Source: Verrucomicrobiota bacterium (GTDB lineage Bacteria; Verrucomicrobiota; Verrucomicrobiia; Limisphaerales; SXQI01). From it: a stretch of DNA of 64,000 nt. Location: NCBI GenBank assembly GCA_033762115.1, contig JANRLX010000067.1, forward strand, positions 33,189 through 97,188, written 5' to 3'. The position numbers and the translations under genes are program-made. Shown in pieces: positions 30,171-40,481 of the stretch. Within the stretch, counting starts at the first letter, position 1. Each line of letters begins with the position of its first letter. The notes under the pieces are model-generated. The model made no database searches, had not been told where the DNA came from, and saw nothing but the letters and a program-made list of their open reading frames with translations.

Positions 30171-30206
30171 AAAAAAAAGGCTGCCCAAATTCGGCCGAGG
30201 AAGCCT
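30171..30206 (-). terminator. Probable intrinsic terminator after the REC-wHTH gene
   Basis: Minus strand AGGCTTCC...GGCAGCCT imperfect stem followed by a T-run, about 20 bp after the stop at 30226. Confidence 0.5.
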
Positions 30207-30225
30207 CCTAATTTGGTTTCATGCT

Positions 30226-31611
30226 TCATACCGCCCACTCGATACCTGAGGGTGGGATGTAGCTCCATTTGGTTCCCAAAGGCATGATCTGTTGTTGAAG
30301 GTGGTCCGCAAATGCCGGAAATCCATTTTTTCGCAAATAATCACGCACGCGCTCCAAATACTTACGCGCTTTCACGGCCTCTGGTGAATCTGGTCTTTTG
30401 CTCCCCGGTCGTTTCGTAAAGTTGCCAGAGTCCCGCTGCATTCCATCTCCTAAAGACGCGTCAAGTGATGCCATTTCGTCGAAGTCATCAGGGTATGCTT
30501 CTTCAAATGGCGATTCGGCGCGGCCGGCCAAAAAATCCTCCAGTGGCTCCGCCAGCGGTCCAAGATTCTTTACCAATCGATCCAGCTCTTCTTCCTCGTT
30601 GGACGAGATATCGCTTTCCGCTTCGAGCGCCATCAGTTCTCTCATGCGTCTAATGGTTGGTGCAATGAACTGCAATTGTGCGAGCTTTTGCTCGTTGTCG
30701 AGCTTTTCCCAATTGACGCCCAATGGTTTGAAATAGGCCATTAAAGCATGATTAAGTTCGCATTTCACTTCATCTTCTTCAGCCTCGCTTTGGGAATTCG
30801 TCACCGTATCAGATTCTGAAACCAAGCGATTAAGAAAAGGCGCTTCGACTGGTTCAGCGGTTTTATCCAATCCAAGTAAATGATGAACGATCTCAAACCC
30901 TTTGCACCCTTCGACGGTCAAAAGCTCTCCACAGTTGAACCGCACCTGCCAACGAGTCACCTTGGCTGGTACAAGTTTCGATTTAGCCTTTCCTTCCTTT
31001 TGAGGCACAGGCACCCGTACCATTCCTTCTACTATCACGGGACGGAACACGTAACGTTGCTGACTGACAACTTGAAAAACCTGAACGATCTGATCCAGCT
31101 TATTCATCAGCTCACTTGTGGCGGCCGGAGCATCAGCTTCAACGCGGGCCTGTCTAGGCTTCTCGACGACCAAAAGTCGCTCCGGAAAGAAATTCTGATA
31201 CGCTTCCCGCCGCAATTTTCGTCGGATTGCCTCTGCGTCTGACAGGCCTAACGTGCCATCCAGAGTACTGTCGGTCTCAACCCCCGTGAGAAGAACAACC
31301 ATCCATGCTGAATTGTGTGCTTTGAGAACGCGCAGAACATCGAGGCCTGTGAGCACCCGACCCTTTTCAACCGAAGTGTCTCCTAAATTCACATCGAGGG
31401 AAACAAAGTCATAAGGCCTCCTGAGGGCCTTCCGCGCTCGTTCCTTGGCCTCATCGGCTGTCTTTGCGGTTTCGACTGTAACTGTCGCGTATCCCTGCGA
31501 CTCGAACAATCGGCGGTAATGTCCCTCTAAAGTGCTCAACAAAGCGAGGTCATCCTCCACGATGAGGATACGAGCTTCGGTTCCTTTTGCGATTCCTGTA
31601 TTCGTTTCCAT
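30226..31611 (-). CDS. Response regulator: receiver domain plus probable winged-helix-type C-terminal domain
   Basis: ILIVEDD, FVSLDVNL, GLDVL, VVLLTG, KP; C-terminus KGFEIVHHLL...KARKYLERV...FADHL...WSYIP..IEW. Confidence 0.75.
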   Translation of the reverse strand: METNTGIAKGTEARILIVEDDLALLSTLEGHYRRLFESQGYATVTVETAKTADEAKERARKALRRPYDFVSLDVNLGDTSVEKGRVLTGLDVLRVLKAHNSAWMVVLLTGVETDSTLDGTLGLSDAEAIRRKLRREAYQNFFPERLLVVEKPRQARVEADAPAATSELMNKLDQIVQVFQVVSQQRYVFRPVIVEGMVRVPVPQKEGKAKSKLVPAKVTRWQVRFNCGELLTVEGCKGFEIVHHLLGLDKTAEPVEAPFLNRLVSESDTVTNSQSEAEEDEVKCELNHALMAYFKPLGVNWEKLDNEQKLAQLQFIAPTIRRMRELMALEAESDISSNEEEELDRLVKNLGPLAEPLEDFLAGRAESPFEEAYPDDFDEMASLDASLGDGMQRDSGNFTKRPGSKRPDSPEAVKARKYLERVRDYLRKNGFPAFADHLQQQIMPLGTKWSYIPPSGIEWAV

Positions 31612-31627
31612 CTACGGGTTACCTAAA

Positions 31628-32446
31628 TTAAGTTCGGAGCAAAGGAATGAGCGCGCGCCCATCCTGAACGATATGCGTGACGCTTTCTGTCACATCGCGT
31701 TCAAGGGCAGTCGAGAGCCATTTTCTCCACTTTCGGCCATGTTCATGGCAATTCGGACGACAATAGCGATCCCATTCATGAGGGCATTCGGCAAACTGAA
31801 CTCGAATCGCTGAAATAGCTGCCATCAACGCACGAGGATTAGTTGGCTCAACTTCAAGGGCCGCGCGCAAGGACCGTAAAGCGAGGAGGCCTCGGTCAAC
31901 GCGTTGCAGCGCGTTCCACGTTATCAGGTCTGTTACATCTCCCGAGGAACGCATGTCTTTTAGCTTTTCTCGAAGAGCATCTATGGGCGCATCGGATGCC
32001 ATTACAGCATAGCCTTTTTGATTACCCAGTTTGACGGATTCTGTCCCTGCATCAGAGAGAGACAACTGGCGAGCAACTTCGATTCGTTCAACCGAGGCTA
32101 GAATAATCCACGAAACCCGTTGTGCCTCATTTTTACCCCATTTTGACAGCCAATCCCATAAACGTCCGTGGCGCCAAAATACCAGGGCTTCCGAATCGTT
32201 TTGACCCCAGACAAGGACGATCCCTCGAACATTTCTTAACGGCGTTAAGCTAACATTCGTATATGCTTGCCACTGCATTTGATCCAATATCTCCAGCGAT
32301 TTGTCCGAAGCTAAGATGGCGTTCGAGAGTTCTCCAACCAAGTCCTCAGGAAGCATTCCTCCACCCGAAATGCAAAAGTGAGGCGGATTGTTCAGCCAGT
32401 CGCCCAGACCGCTTTTCCCTAATTCAATATCGTTACGGAATCCCAT
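31628..32446 (-). CDS. Hypothetical protein in receiver-domain operon
   Basis: 272-aa ORF with 16-17 bp spacing to both neighbours. Confidence 0.7.
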   Translation of the reverse strand: MGFRNDIELGKSGLGDWLNNPPHFCISGGGMLPEDLVGELSNAILASDKSLEILDQMQWQAYTNVSLTPLRNVRGIVLVWGQNDSEALVFWRHGRLWDWLSKWGKNEAQRVSWIILASVERIEVARQLSLSDAGTESVKLGNQKGYAVMASDAPIDALREKLKDMRSSGDVTDLITWNALQRVDRGLLALRSLRAALEVEPTNPRALMAAISAIRVQFAECPHEWDRYCRPNCHEHGRKWRKWLSTALERDVTESVTHIVQDGRALIPLLRT

Positions 32447-32463
32447 AAATGGCGCACCGGCAT

Positions 32464-33675
32464 TTAAGCAAAAAGCTGATTCAGTTCAGGACCGGCTATT
32501 TGTTCGCTCCACACTTGGGCGTTTCGACGCAAGAGAAGCGGACCCAGAGTTTCCAAACCAGAAACTCTACGAATAGCTTCGGCTCTATTCCCTTGATCCC
32601 AATCACGTGAAGCGACAATCCATCGAGTCAAGGCTGACAAATGAGTATCTTCTATCAAAAAGCCATTCCCAAACCACTCTTGAAGCGTTGCATTCGCGGT
32701 GATCCAACCGGGTTGATTTGCGATGAAATGTGTTATCCAGTCGGCTAGGTAGTGAATTTGATTTGGAAGGTGCTCCCGGTGATTCTTAAGAATCTCATTT
32801 GGTTGCCTCTTCTCCTTTGGCTTAGGTGCGACCAGTGTATGCCAATCATATTTCAAGATTCTTGCAACGGCACGCCCCACCGTCACCTTGTGAAAGAATC
32901 TTCCTCGTGATTCCAATACGTCATCCAGAAGAAAACGGCCTCCATCGGGACCAAGGCTAAAGAATGTAACCGCTCCACCGCCTCCGGATCCAATCAGGCC
33001 ATATCTGCGTTTCACCCTTTCGGAATGCGCGATACTATCAATTGGATCGACAAACTCCTTCTGCTCATTCATTCGCGTTGCCCAGTCCAACGCCAAGATG
33101 CAGGGTTCGGCATTGAAGTGGTTGGTAAGTGTAGGCAGTTCAAAGAGTAGCAACTCCAGGCATTGTCGAAGTGCAATTTGAAAACGACTATCCAAACAAT
33201 CGTTCCAGAATCTGTCCGCAGATCGTCGCTCCTGCGGACTAAATAATGAGTAGTTTGGAATTTCAGGCTGCCAGAGGCGGTTATTTTCGTTAGGCGGCAC
33301 TTTCATTCCAAAAGCGAACATCTGAACATTCTGCGCTAACGCATGCACCTTTACAGCTTCGCACACCGCATTCATTTTGTTTTGAGCCGAAGCTAGATTT
33401 GCACTCTCGGAAAGAGCTTTGCCTTTTACCAACCGGTCGTTGTGAGAGGGAACGTCAGCTACAGGGAAAAGAAAGCCGCCGATCTGCCCTGTGGTCGGCT
33501 GCTGCAAAAGGTGATAGTGCGCATCTTCAACACCCCAGCTCTGATTAGCTAAGGCATGCACCAACCCATCGTGGAAAGGCAGCAATGTCTGATCACTGAT
33601 TAAACCCAATCCGCCGACTACCATTTCGGCCCTGCTGTTAAACGACTCGTCGAAATATAGCTCGATGTGTTTCAT
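32464..33675 (-). CDS. DUF3800-like protein (putative RNase H-fold nuclease)
   Basis: N-terminal LYFDES..VVGG and C-terminal IHYLADWI (QLAD-like). Confidence 0.55.
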   Translation of the reverse strand: MKHIELYFDESFNSRAEMVVGGLGLISDQTLLPFHDGLVHALANQSWGVEDAHYHLLQQPTTGQIGGFLFPVADVPSHNDRLVKGKALSESANLASAQNKMNAVCEAVKVHALAQNVQMFAFGMKVPPNENNRLWQPEIPNYSLFSPQERRSADRFWNDCLDSRFQIALRQCLELLLFELPTLTNHFNAEPCILALDWATRMNEQKEFVDPIDSIAHSERVKRRYGLIGSGGGGAVTFFSLGPDGGRFLLDDVLESRGRFFHKVTVGRAVARILKYDWHTLVAPKPKEKRQPNEILKNHREHLPNQIHYLADWITHFIANQPGWITANATLQEWFGNGFLIEDTHLSALTRWIVASRDWDQGNRAEAIRRVSGLETLGPLLLRRNAQVWSEQIAGPELNQLFA

Positions 33676-33681
33676 AAGCCA

Positions 33682-35106
33682 CTATGGTTTCATTTGCGTG
33701 AGTTGTCTTAAGGACTGCCTAACCTTCAAAATCCGTGTGGCTTTCTTCATTGAGCTACGAAAGCGGTGACGGATGTGATCGACGTATTCAGTTGCATCTC
33801 CCAGCACTGCGCGGAAAATCGGCTTCTGAAAATCGGTGATAATGTTACCGCATTTCTCCAAATCGGCGACGATTGACCTTTGGTTACTCGATGAAAAGAT
33901 CACAATAGGCAAGGTAGGGTCAAAAAGGCTCAGAAGCCTCGGCAACAGCCCCAGTTCGTGAGCATCATGGGGAATCATCTCCCATGCTGGTTTAATTGAA
34001 GAGTTTAGAACACTATTTTCCAAATCTTTGGCGATAACACGCAACCGAGAGTGGTAAAGGGATGAATCTCCTGCTTGAGCACGGGTAAAGAACCGGAGGT
34101 CAAGAAAAAGGATGCAATCCAGTTTCGCGACTGTGTCGGGAGCGGTTGGTACAAAATCGCACAGTGTGAGAAATCTTCGTGTGTAAGGCTCTTCCGCAAA
34201 ACATTCCAATCTGCTCACCAAATGCGATAACGCACCACTTCCTCCTCGAAGACCGGTTCCGGCGAGCGGAGCGTGAATATCATTAGGTCCCGTTAGAAGC
34301 GCGCCCTCCAAAAACGGTTTCCAAAGTTCCGACATATCATCTAATAGCAAATATTGATTTGTCGCGCCTGTCCACCATTGCTGCTTTGCGGATTTACTAA
34401 GACTTCCTTCCAAAAGGCAGGTTAATGCTTCCAGCAATCTCCAAATCGCCCATTCCACTGGATGTCCCACGGCAGTCTGGTAACTGTTTGCCAAATGTCG
34501 GAGGAATAACGCGCCCGCAATATTCGCTAACTCATGATGATTCTCGGGATCGCCATTTACGCCGCTTTGAAGGAGAGCACGCAAGGCGTCCAATTGGGCG
34601 TGTGTCGGTAAATTCACTGGGCCAACGATCCAGCCCTCAAAGAACGCAGTATTGTTTTCATCTGTGACTTGAAGCACGCCCGGTACAATTCCAGGCTGAA
34701 TGACGTTGTGCTCCTCTCGGTCGAGCAGGGGAAGGACAAGTTTGGCTAATGTGAGCTCTTCTCCATTTACTGATTGGCTGACAATGATACCGGCTGTTCC
34801 TTTTGGAAAACGGAGTCTCCATACTGCTGCCCAGACAAGCGCGCTCAGGTAGCGGCGAGGCGAAACCCGATTGACGCTTTCAGGGGCTCCCGTCGGCAGC
34901 GCTTCGTCAACGATAAGGACGATGACCCTTGAGCCGGAATCGCCACTCCCAACGGTGACAGATTCTGAAACTCCATTCCCGAGATCAAATTCGGTAGAAT
35001 TGCCAGATAGGGCTTGATTCCAAAGTGCAGCGAAGCAGTCTTGGTAGTCGAGCAAATAAACTGGAACGCCGCGAACCTTTCGTTTCTGAGCCTGAATGGA
35101 ATTCAT
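33682..35106 (-). CDS. Atypical receiver-domain protein
   Basis: YLLLDD, ILFLDLR, PIVIFSSS, FQKP receiver hallmarks with large insertions; HHELAN helix upstream. Confidence 0.6.
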   Translation of the reverse strand: MNSIQAQKRKVRGVPVYLLDYQDCFAALWNQALSGNSTEFDLGNGVSESVTVGSGDSGSRVIVLIVDEALPTGAPESVNRVSPRRYLSALVWAAVWRLRFPKGTAGIIVSQSVNGEELTLAKLVLPLLDREEHNVIQPGIVPGVLQVTDENNTAFFEGWIVGPVNLPTHAQLDALRALLQSGVNGDPENHHELANIAGALFLRHLANSYQTAVGHPVEWAIWRLLEALTCLLEGSLSKSAKQQWWTGATNQYLLLDDMSELWKPFLEGALLTGPNDIHAPLAGTGLRGGSGALSHLVSRLECFAEEPYTRRFLTLCDFVPTAPDTVAKLDCILFLDLRFFTRAQAGDSSLYHSRLRVIAKDLENSVLNSSIKPAWEMIPHDAHELGLLPRLLSLFDPTLPIVIFSSSNQRSIVADLEKCGNIITDFQKPIFRAVLGDATEYVDHIRHRFRSSMKKATRILKVRQSLRQLTQMKP

Positions 35107-35132
35107 GAACGCAAAAATAAATTAAGCCGCCG

Positions 35133-38100
35133 TTAAGTGTTGGATTTCGATTGCTTTACGTAGGTTGAAAGGATTTCAAGCGAACTCACTAACTGCTCGA
35201 TGGGCGGGAGATCGGACGTCAGGAGGGCCTCAAAAACTCTCTTTTGAGAATCTCCGTCGCTGCCGGTTGCGCGGTCCGCCATAAGTCTCTCCAGGACAAA
35301 CCGTCGCGGCTCCATATTTAAGTCCTTGGCGCAGCGCAGAAGGCGGTTCTTGATTTTAACCCACTTCTCTGACGGTGGACTTTCCGTATCAAGCGTTTTC
35401 TTCCATGCATTGAGACAATCCTCGGGTGATGGGCAGAGAAGTCCCCACGGAAGATCAGAGAGATTCGAATATCCAGTAAGCTTTTGAAAAAACAAAGTCA
35501 CCCGCTTCGACGTAGTAAAGGTCGCGCCCGCATTAAGTCCAAAGCCACAAACGTGAACCCTTTCTCCCGCACCATTCGGTAGCACGCTAGAGGGCGCACC
35601 AGCACTTAGGATTACCAGATGTCCGATGCCATTCTCGATCGAAAAGGCATCCACCCACGGCTTCTGCGTGATGGAATCACAGTGGAGGAATACAATCGAT
35701 TGCGGGGCTGAGAGTTTGGCGGCCGTAGGTTCGGTTTGATTATTTTCGTTACCTTCGATCAATATAGTACCTTCCGGTAGCAACTTCTTTAGTGCATTCA
35801 ACCAAAACTTGGTTCCCGATTCGTGATCGCGGAGGTGAAATGTCATGCCATCCGTCTTCTCCGCAGTTACCGAAGCAGACAATGTCCGAGAAATGGAAGC
35901 ATTTTTTGATTCTTCTAAATTATCAGCTATCTGGCCCTCGACTAAAGTGCCATCTACGGGCAACCAGGCAAGACGGATGCCTGGTTGGCTGGCTTTGTGG
36001 CCTAATTCCAAGCGAAATTGACGCGTGCCCTGTTCGAGAATGCAAATCGTATTTGGACTGTGATCGTCGAAATGCGGCAATCCGGATTTCGGTTTTCGCC
36101 AGCCGGCTGGAGAGGCGTTATCGTTTGACCCAGTTGGATGAGAATCGACAAAACCCATGATCCTGGATGCAAGTTCAACAAAAGGGCTGTAAAAATCACC
36201 GATATTTGCTGATTCGATCCGCCAATCACGCGGCGAAGACAACACTTGATCATTAATCAGCCGCCGTAACCTTTCCACTTCCGCCAAAGGCCCTGCTTGA
36301 CTGTAGAGATAGCTATCACGAAACCACACCTCGATGACAAACCGTCCATCCGGTGACGAATCATGGCTGGGCCACACTTTTATCGATGTAATCCTGTTTC
36401 TTTTATAGGCCACCGCCGATGATTTCAAAAGATAGTTTAGGACTGCGTGCCAAGCAACGGGCGTCCACTCTCTCGAAATGGTGAGCGCCGCTGCAATATC
36501 GGCCCAAGTTGCAATTGTGGGTCCATTTTCAACCCCTTCCGGCAGGGTGAGCTTCTTGTCGTCGGGCGCGAGGCGGTATCGCTCCAGGGCCAACAGAAGA
36601 GGTAAAATATGCCATTTGTCTTCACTAACCTTAAATGGCTTAAAAACAACCCATTTCAAAAACACCAGAAAATCCGTGACATCCTCCCTGTTCAGCGAGT
36701 CACTTAAACTTTCTGGTGCGCTTCTCCCATCCGGAGCACATAAATGGATCAAGTCGGCTTTCAATTCCTTAAAAGCGTCTCGCTTTTCATATTGCGCGAT
36801 CAGATCCTTGGCGGTTAGCACGACGGACTCTTTGCTGCGACAAGTAGACAGTTCCCTTTCCTTCTCGATACCAAAGATGCGACATAAGGCCAGAGCCCAT
36901 ACTACACGACCGTCCAGTTGACTCCCGTAATCGTTACAGTTTGGCTCCTTGTACGAACAGTTGTGATTAAGCTTTATCCGTACGTCCGGTGATACTTGCA
37001 AAAACTCATTCTCTTCGAAGAGTCCGGAAAGGCTCTTGTGCGACTCAAATATCGCGCGTGCCGGGTCGTAAAGAATGGCCCGCAATTCTTGAGTATCACG
37101 TTGCATTGTACCAATGCTGCGCGATAATTCCTCCAGAGGTCTCTGGAGAAGTTGCATCATTTGTTCGTATTTCTTCAACTCGTCTATCTGAGAGTTATCG
37201 TAGACGAAGTTGAGCCCCTTATGGAGCCGGTGGCAACGAAGACGTAGGGCTTCAGAAATGGGAATATCAGCCTTAAAGAGGGTATCCCACTTGGGTTTAA
37301 TGGTAATTACGAAATCCAGAGGCGTCTTGTGGTCTTTTTGTGACTTTCGCGGAAGCTTCAGTTCACTCGTTGCGGTGTCATCGAATTCCCATCCCTCTAT
37401 TCGAGCCAAATAAATGGATTTAAATGCTACTTCAGGTTTTGGCCGCTCGGCTTTGGCATACCATGTGCCGTACTCACCCAAAACCTCATCGATACTGGCT
37501 TCCAAAACGCGGTCGGCGAAATGATTCACAGCGAATCGGAAGCTATTCCAGTGCGTTCCTAAATCGTTAGGCGGATCGGATGATAAAAAGCTGAACAATA
37601 ACCACCCGAGAAACGCGCCAGAGAATTGATCCGGCCTCGTCTCTTCGTAGCAAGGGAATGCGAAGCCTGAAAACACTGCGCTACTTTCAGCGTAAGCCGG
37701 CGAACTTTTGTTCGGCGTATCACCCCGCAGCAATGGATTCAAAAATGTTCGGAACAAGGGATTCAAAAGCTCTTCCGATGCTCCGATATCTGTGTGAAAG
37801 GAAACCGGGTGAACGTTTGGGAGAATCTGAAGTGGTTCCTCTGTTTCAGTATTTAAACGTGGAAGTCGTCGAAAAGTGAACTCGGTTCCTTTGCCTGTAA
37901 ACCAATAGCCATTGGGTACGGCATTTGCAGATAGCTTGAGTTGTTCATCAAAGGCGGTTGGGAGTTGCCCACGATACGGAATCGAAGATGCAGCTTGTAT
38001 CAAAAGAGAATGCGCACGCTCGCGAAGGATCTCGTTTTCGGACCTGAACTCCTTCTGAAATGCCTCGAAACGGTTTCCTTCGCCGGAGACGACAGCGTGA

Positions 38101-38420
38101 GCCCTAAACAGTTCCTCCAGTTGATTTCGCGTAATTGACGACTCTCCGGCAGCATCGAGCGCATTGATCAATTCAGTTCGGATTCCACCTACGAGTTGGT
38201 ACGTGGCACACAGATTTGCTTTGTAATAGCGCCCGGTGTCCGCTCTTGAATGTTTCCAGTCGCGTTGAACAAAGAAAACGGAGTGCAGCGAGTCCCGATA
38301 GTGGGGAAGCGTCGTTAGATCATTTTTAAGAAGATTCGCGAGCTGCTGAAAGCGAAATACGGTTCGGTCGCTCAGCTTCTGGCGATCGCTCGAAACGGAC
38401 CAATTGTTCGAATCGGACAT
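35133..38420 (-). CDS. Large protein, probable degenerate hybrid histidine-kinase-like (GAF-like, coil, HATPase-like, REC-like)
   Basis: 1095 aa; AVLNYLLKSS...FVIEVWFRD resembles N-box/G1 strands without the Gly motifs; C-terminal IVFLH/LVILSAG beta-alpha unit. ORF certain, function tentative. Confidence 0.45.
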   Translation of the reverse strand: MSDSNNWSVSSDRQKLSDRTVFRFQQLANLLKNDLTTLPHYRDSLHSVFFVQRDWKHSRADTGRYYKANLCATYQLVGGIRTELINALDAAGESSITRNQLEELFRAHAVVSGEGNRFEAFQKEFRSENEILRERAHSLLIQAASSIPYRGQLPTAFDEQLKLSANAVPNGYWFTGKGTEFTFRRLPRLNTETEEPLQILPNVHPVSFHTDIGASEELLNPLFRTFLNPLLRGDTPNKSSPAYAESSAVFSGFAFPCYEETRPDQFSGAFLGWLLFSFLSSDPPNDLGTHWNSFRFAVNHFADRVLEASIDEVLGEYGTWYAKAERPKPEVAFKSIYLARIEGWEFDDTATSELKLPRKSQKDHKTPLDFVITIKPKWDTLFKADIPISEALRLRCHRLHKGLNFVYDNSQIDELKKYEQMMQLLQRPLEELSRSIGTMQRDTQELRAILYDPARAIFESHKSLSGLFEENEFLQVSPDVRIKLNHNCSYKEPNCNDYGSQLDGRVVWALALCRIFGIEKERELSTCRSKESVVLTAKDLIAQYEKRDAFKELKADLIHLCAPDGRSAPESLSDSLNREDVTDFLVFLKWVVFKPFKVSEDKWHILPLLLALERYRLAPDDKKLTLPEGVENGPTIATWADIAAALTISREWTPVAWHAVLNYLLKSSAVAYKRNRITSIKVWPSHDSSPDGRFVIEVWFRDSYLYSQAGPLAEVERLRRLINDQVLSSPRDWRIESANIGDFYSPFVELASRIMGFVDSHPTGSNDNASPAGWRKPKSGLPHFDDHSPNTICILEQGTRQFRLELGHKASQPGIRLAWLPVDGTLVEGQIADNLEESKNASISRTLSASVTAEKTDGMTFHLRDHESGTKFWLNALKKLLPEGTILIEGNENNQTEPTAAKLSAPQSIVFLHCDSITQKPWVDAFSIENGIGHLVILSAGAPSSVLPNGAGERVHVCGFGLNAGATFTTSKRVTLFFQKLTGYSNLSDLPWGLLCPSPEDCLNAWKKTLDTESPPSEKWVKIKNRLLRCAKDLNMEPRRFVLERLMADRATGSDGDSQKRVFEALLTSDLPPIEQLVSSLEILSTYVKQSKSNT

Positions 38421-38450
38421 AAAAACCGTTGGCTCAGGAACCTACGAAAC

Positions 38451-38474
38451 TTGGCGAGCCAATCGGCTCGCCAA
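38451..38474. repeat. Perfect 10-bp inverted repeat TTGGCGAGCC-AATC-GGCTCGCCAA
   Basis: Seen directly, 30 bp upstream of the 1095-aa ORF start. Confidence 0.8.
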
Positions 38475-38703
38475 AAAAACGGGACACACCGGACAATACA
38501 CTGGCGTTTCGGATGGAGGCAAGCGGATCAACGCGTCCGTCGTTTTTCACGCGGAAGTGCGAAAAGCATGAAATCGATATTAGCATTGTTCTTGAACACG
38601 AAGCGATCCAAACAAACTCTCAAGTCAAAAACGCCCCGACTCCCACCTTTTCTTGAAGCCGGATGGGCGATTGCCGGACACGGCTCGCTACGTGTCGTAA
38701 CTT

Positions 38704-39552
38704 TCATGCGCGAAAGCGACGAGGGCGACCGAGCTGAGAGGAGAGGCCACTGGTTAGTGAATATATTCCTAAAGCATAGCAAACGAGAAGCAACGTTGGC
38801 AGACCCGACAACCATGGGGCTGCGTCCCAGCGCCGTAAGCCGTCGTAAATCAGAGCACCGAGCGTTGCTTGAGGAGGTTGGGCGCCAAGGCCAAAGAGGC
38901 TCAACACTGCATCGATCCCAATAATTTCGGGAACCAGATATAAAAGGCTGATTGCAGCAGGAGCCGTGATCATTGGTAAAAGTGATCGCGTTAAAATTAT
39001 TATTGGGGAGAACCCCAGCGCGCGCTCATACCGAACGAACGAGCCCGTGACAAGGCGCCTCGTTTCACTCCGGACTACGCGTGCCGGGGCTGCCCAGATA
39101 ATACCGCCAATAATCCAAGGTAGGACAGTGAGGCCAGAACCAATTACGGCAGCCAGAGCGACAACGAGCAAAAAAAAGGGGGTTGTGTATATTACTGCGA
39201 TCACCCAGCTAATCAAATGATCAGGCCAACGTCCCGCCCAAAAACCGGCACAAAGGCCAAGGATAAGACTGAGAGGCATTGCCACAGCGAGTGCTTTGCA
39301 AATAATTCCAACCGATAGCGCAAAACCAAGAACTGTTCGACTCCAAAGAGAGCGGCCGAGCGCATCGGTGCCAAACCACTCTGTGGAGGAAGGAGATTCG
39401 AGCGCGCGAGAAATGCGGATTTCATAAGCACTCGTCGGGTCCAGAAAAAGATGTAGAAAGGCTGGCAATACCAACAAAAGCACCACTAGAGTCAACATAA
39501 TCCATAATCGCGTCACGCGAGGAATACGGCCCCAAGCGACGAGAGGGCTCAT
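38704..39552 (-). CDS. Dpp/Opp-family ABC permease (DppC-like)
   Basis: WFGTDALGRS, LSLFGLGAQPP, APWL. Confidence 0.9.
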   Translation of the reverse strand: MSPLVAWGRIPRVTRLWIMLTLVVLLLVLPAFLHLFLDPTSAYEIRISRALESPSSTEWFGTDALGRSLWSRTVLGFALSVGIICKALAVAMPLSLILGLCAGFWAGRWPDHLISWVIAVIYTTPFFLLVVALAAVIGSGLTVLPWIIGGIIWAAPARVVRSETRRLVTGSFVRYERALGFSPIIILTRSLLPMITAPAAISLLYLVPEIIGIDAVLSLFGLGAQPPQATLGALIYDGLRRWDAAPWLSGLPTLLLVCYALGIYSLTSGLSSQLGRPRRFRA

Positions 39553-40481
39553 ATGGGCACCTCTCTAAACTGTGATGATGTTCCTTTTGCTTGAAAAAAA
39601 TGAACAACCAGAAAAAAAACTCCATTGAGCAGAAGAATGGCTGAGATGACTGGGAGGTCTTTTCCCTGAATAGAACGAACAAGCAGAGCGCCCAGGCCTC
39701 TGATCGAAAAAATTTGTTCTACAATAATCGTGGAGAAAAAGATAAGGCCGAGTTGGTTGACGCACAAGGTGGTTAACAGGGAGCGAGCATTGCTCAGCAA
39801 TACCCGATTGAAGATATGAAATCGGCCGAATCCTAACGCCTCCGTAGCGCGAAATGCAGAGGATGCCTCAATCTGTGACAAACGATCAGATAAAAGGCTG
39901 GTGATAAGGCAACTGGTATAAAGTCCAGCCGAAACACCAGGGACAAAACTAAACTTCTCTATGGATAGGCCACTCGACCAACGGCTTGCCAGTAGGGCTC
40001 CGCCCATAGCCAATACTACACCGGGAATCGCCACTCCAAAGCGAGTAACGTTGACAATCCAACGGAGGTGAGGAATCCAAAAAAAGCAGGCGTTCAGAGC
40101 GATGGCAGTTCCGAGAGCGAATAGGACCGCCACGATACCGATCCTTATTGTCGGCCCTAGATGTTCTCCAATCTCGGCCAAGACCGGGCGGCGAGCAAGC
40201 CAGGAATTTCCCCAGCGACCAGAAAGCAATCGCCAACTGTAATCCGTAAACTGCCTCAATAACGGTCGGTCGAAGCCCATCTCACTTCGGAGAGCTTGTA
40301 CGCTATCCTCTCGTGCATTTGCTCCCAGAATAATGCGGGCGGGATCACCTGGAGCGACGTGTGTCAAAAAGAATGCCAAAAAAAGCAAGCCGGCAAGCAA
40401 TGACAAACCATACCCGACCGACGCACAGAATCCGTTGAACCAGCGTAACCGAACGTTCGGAGTCCCAGAAGGATTTAACAT
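39549..40481 (-). CDS. Dpp/Opp-family ABC permease (DppB-like)
   Basis: APGDPARIILG, GFDRPLLRQF, VEQIFSIRGLG, KDLPVI. Confidence 0.9.
   Translation of the reverse strand: MLNPSGTPNVRLRWFNGFCASVGYGLSLLAGLLFLAFFLTHVAPGDPARIILGANAREDSVQALRSEMGFDRPLLRQFTDYSWRLLSGRWGNSWLARRPVLAEIGEHLGPTIRIGIVAVLFALGTAIALNACFFWIPHLRWIVNVTRFGVAIPGVVLAMGGALLASRWSSGLSIEKFSFVPGVSAGLYTSCLITSLLSDRLSQIEASSAFRATEALGFGRFHIFNRVLLSNARSLLTTLCVNQLGLIFFSTIIVEQIFSIRGLGALLVRSIQGKDLPVISAILLLNGVFFLVVHFFQAKGTSSQFREVPI

Noticed and set aside
38429..38924. ORFs 38429..38656, 38451..38924 and 38528..38815
   Set aside because: They overlap the dppC-like gene or hairpins and show no protein-like motif; treated as non-coding.
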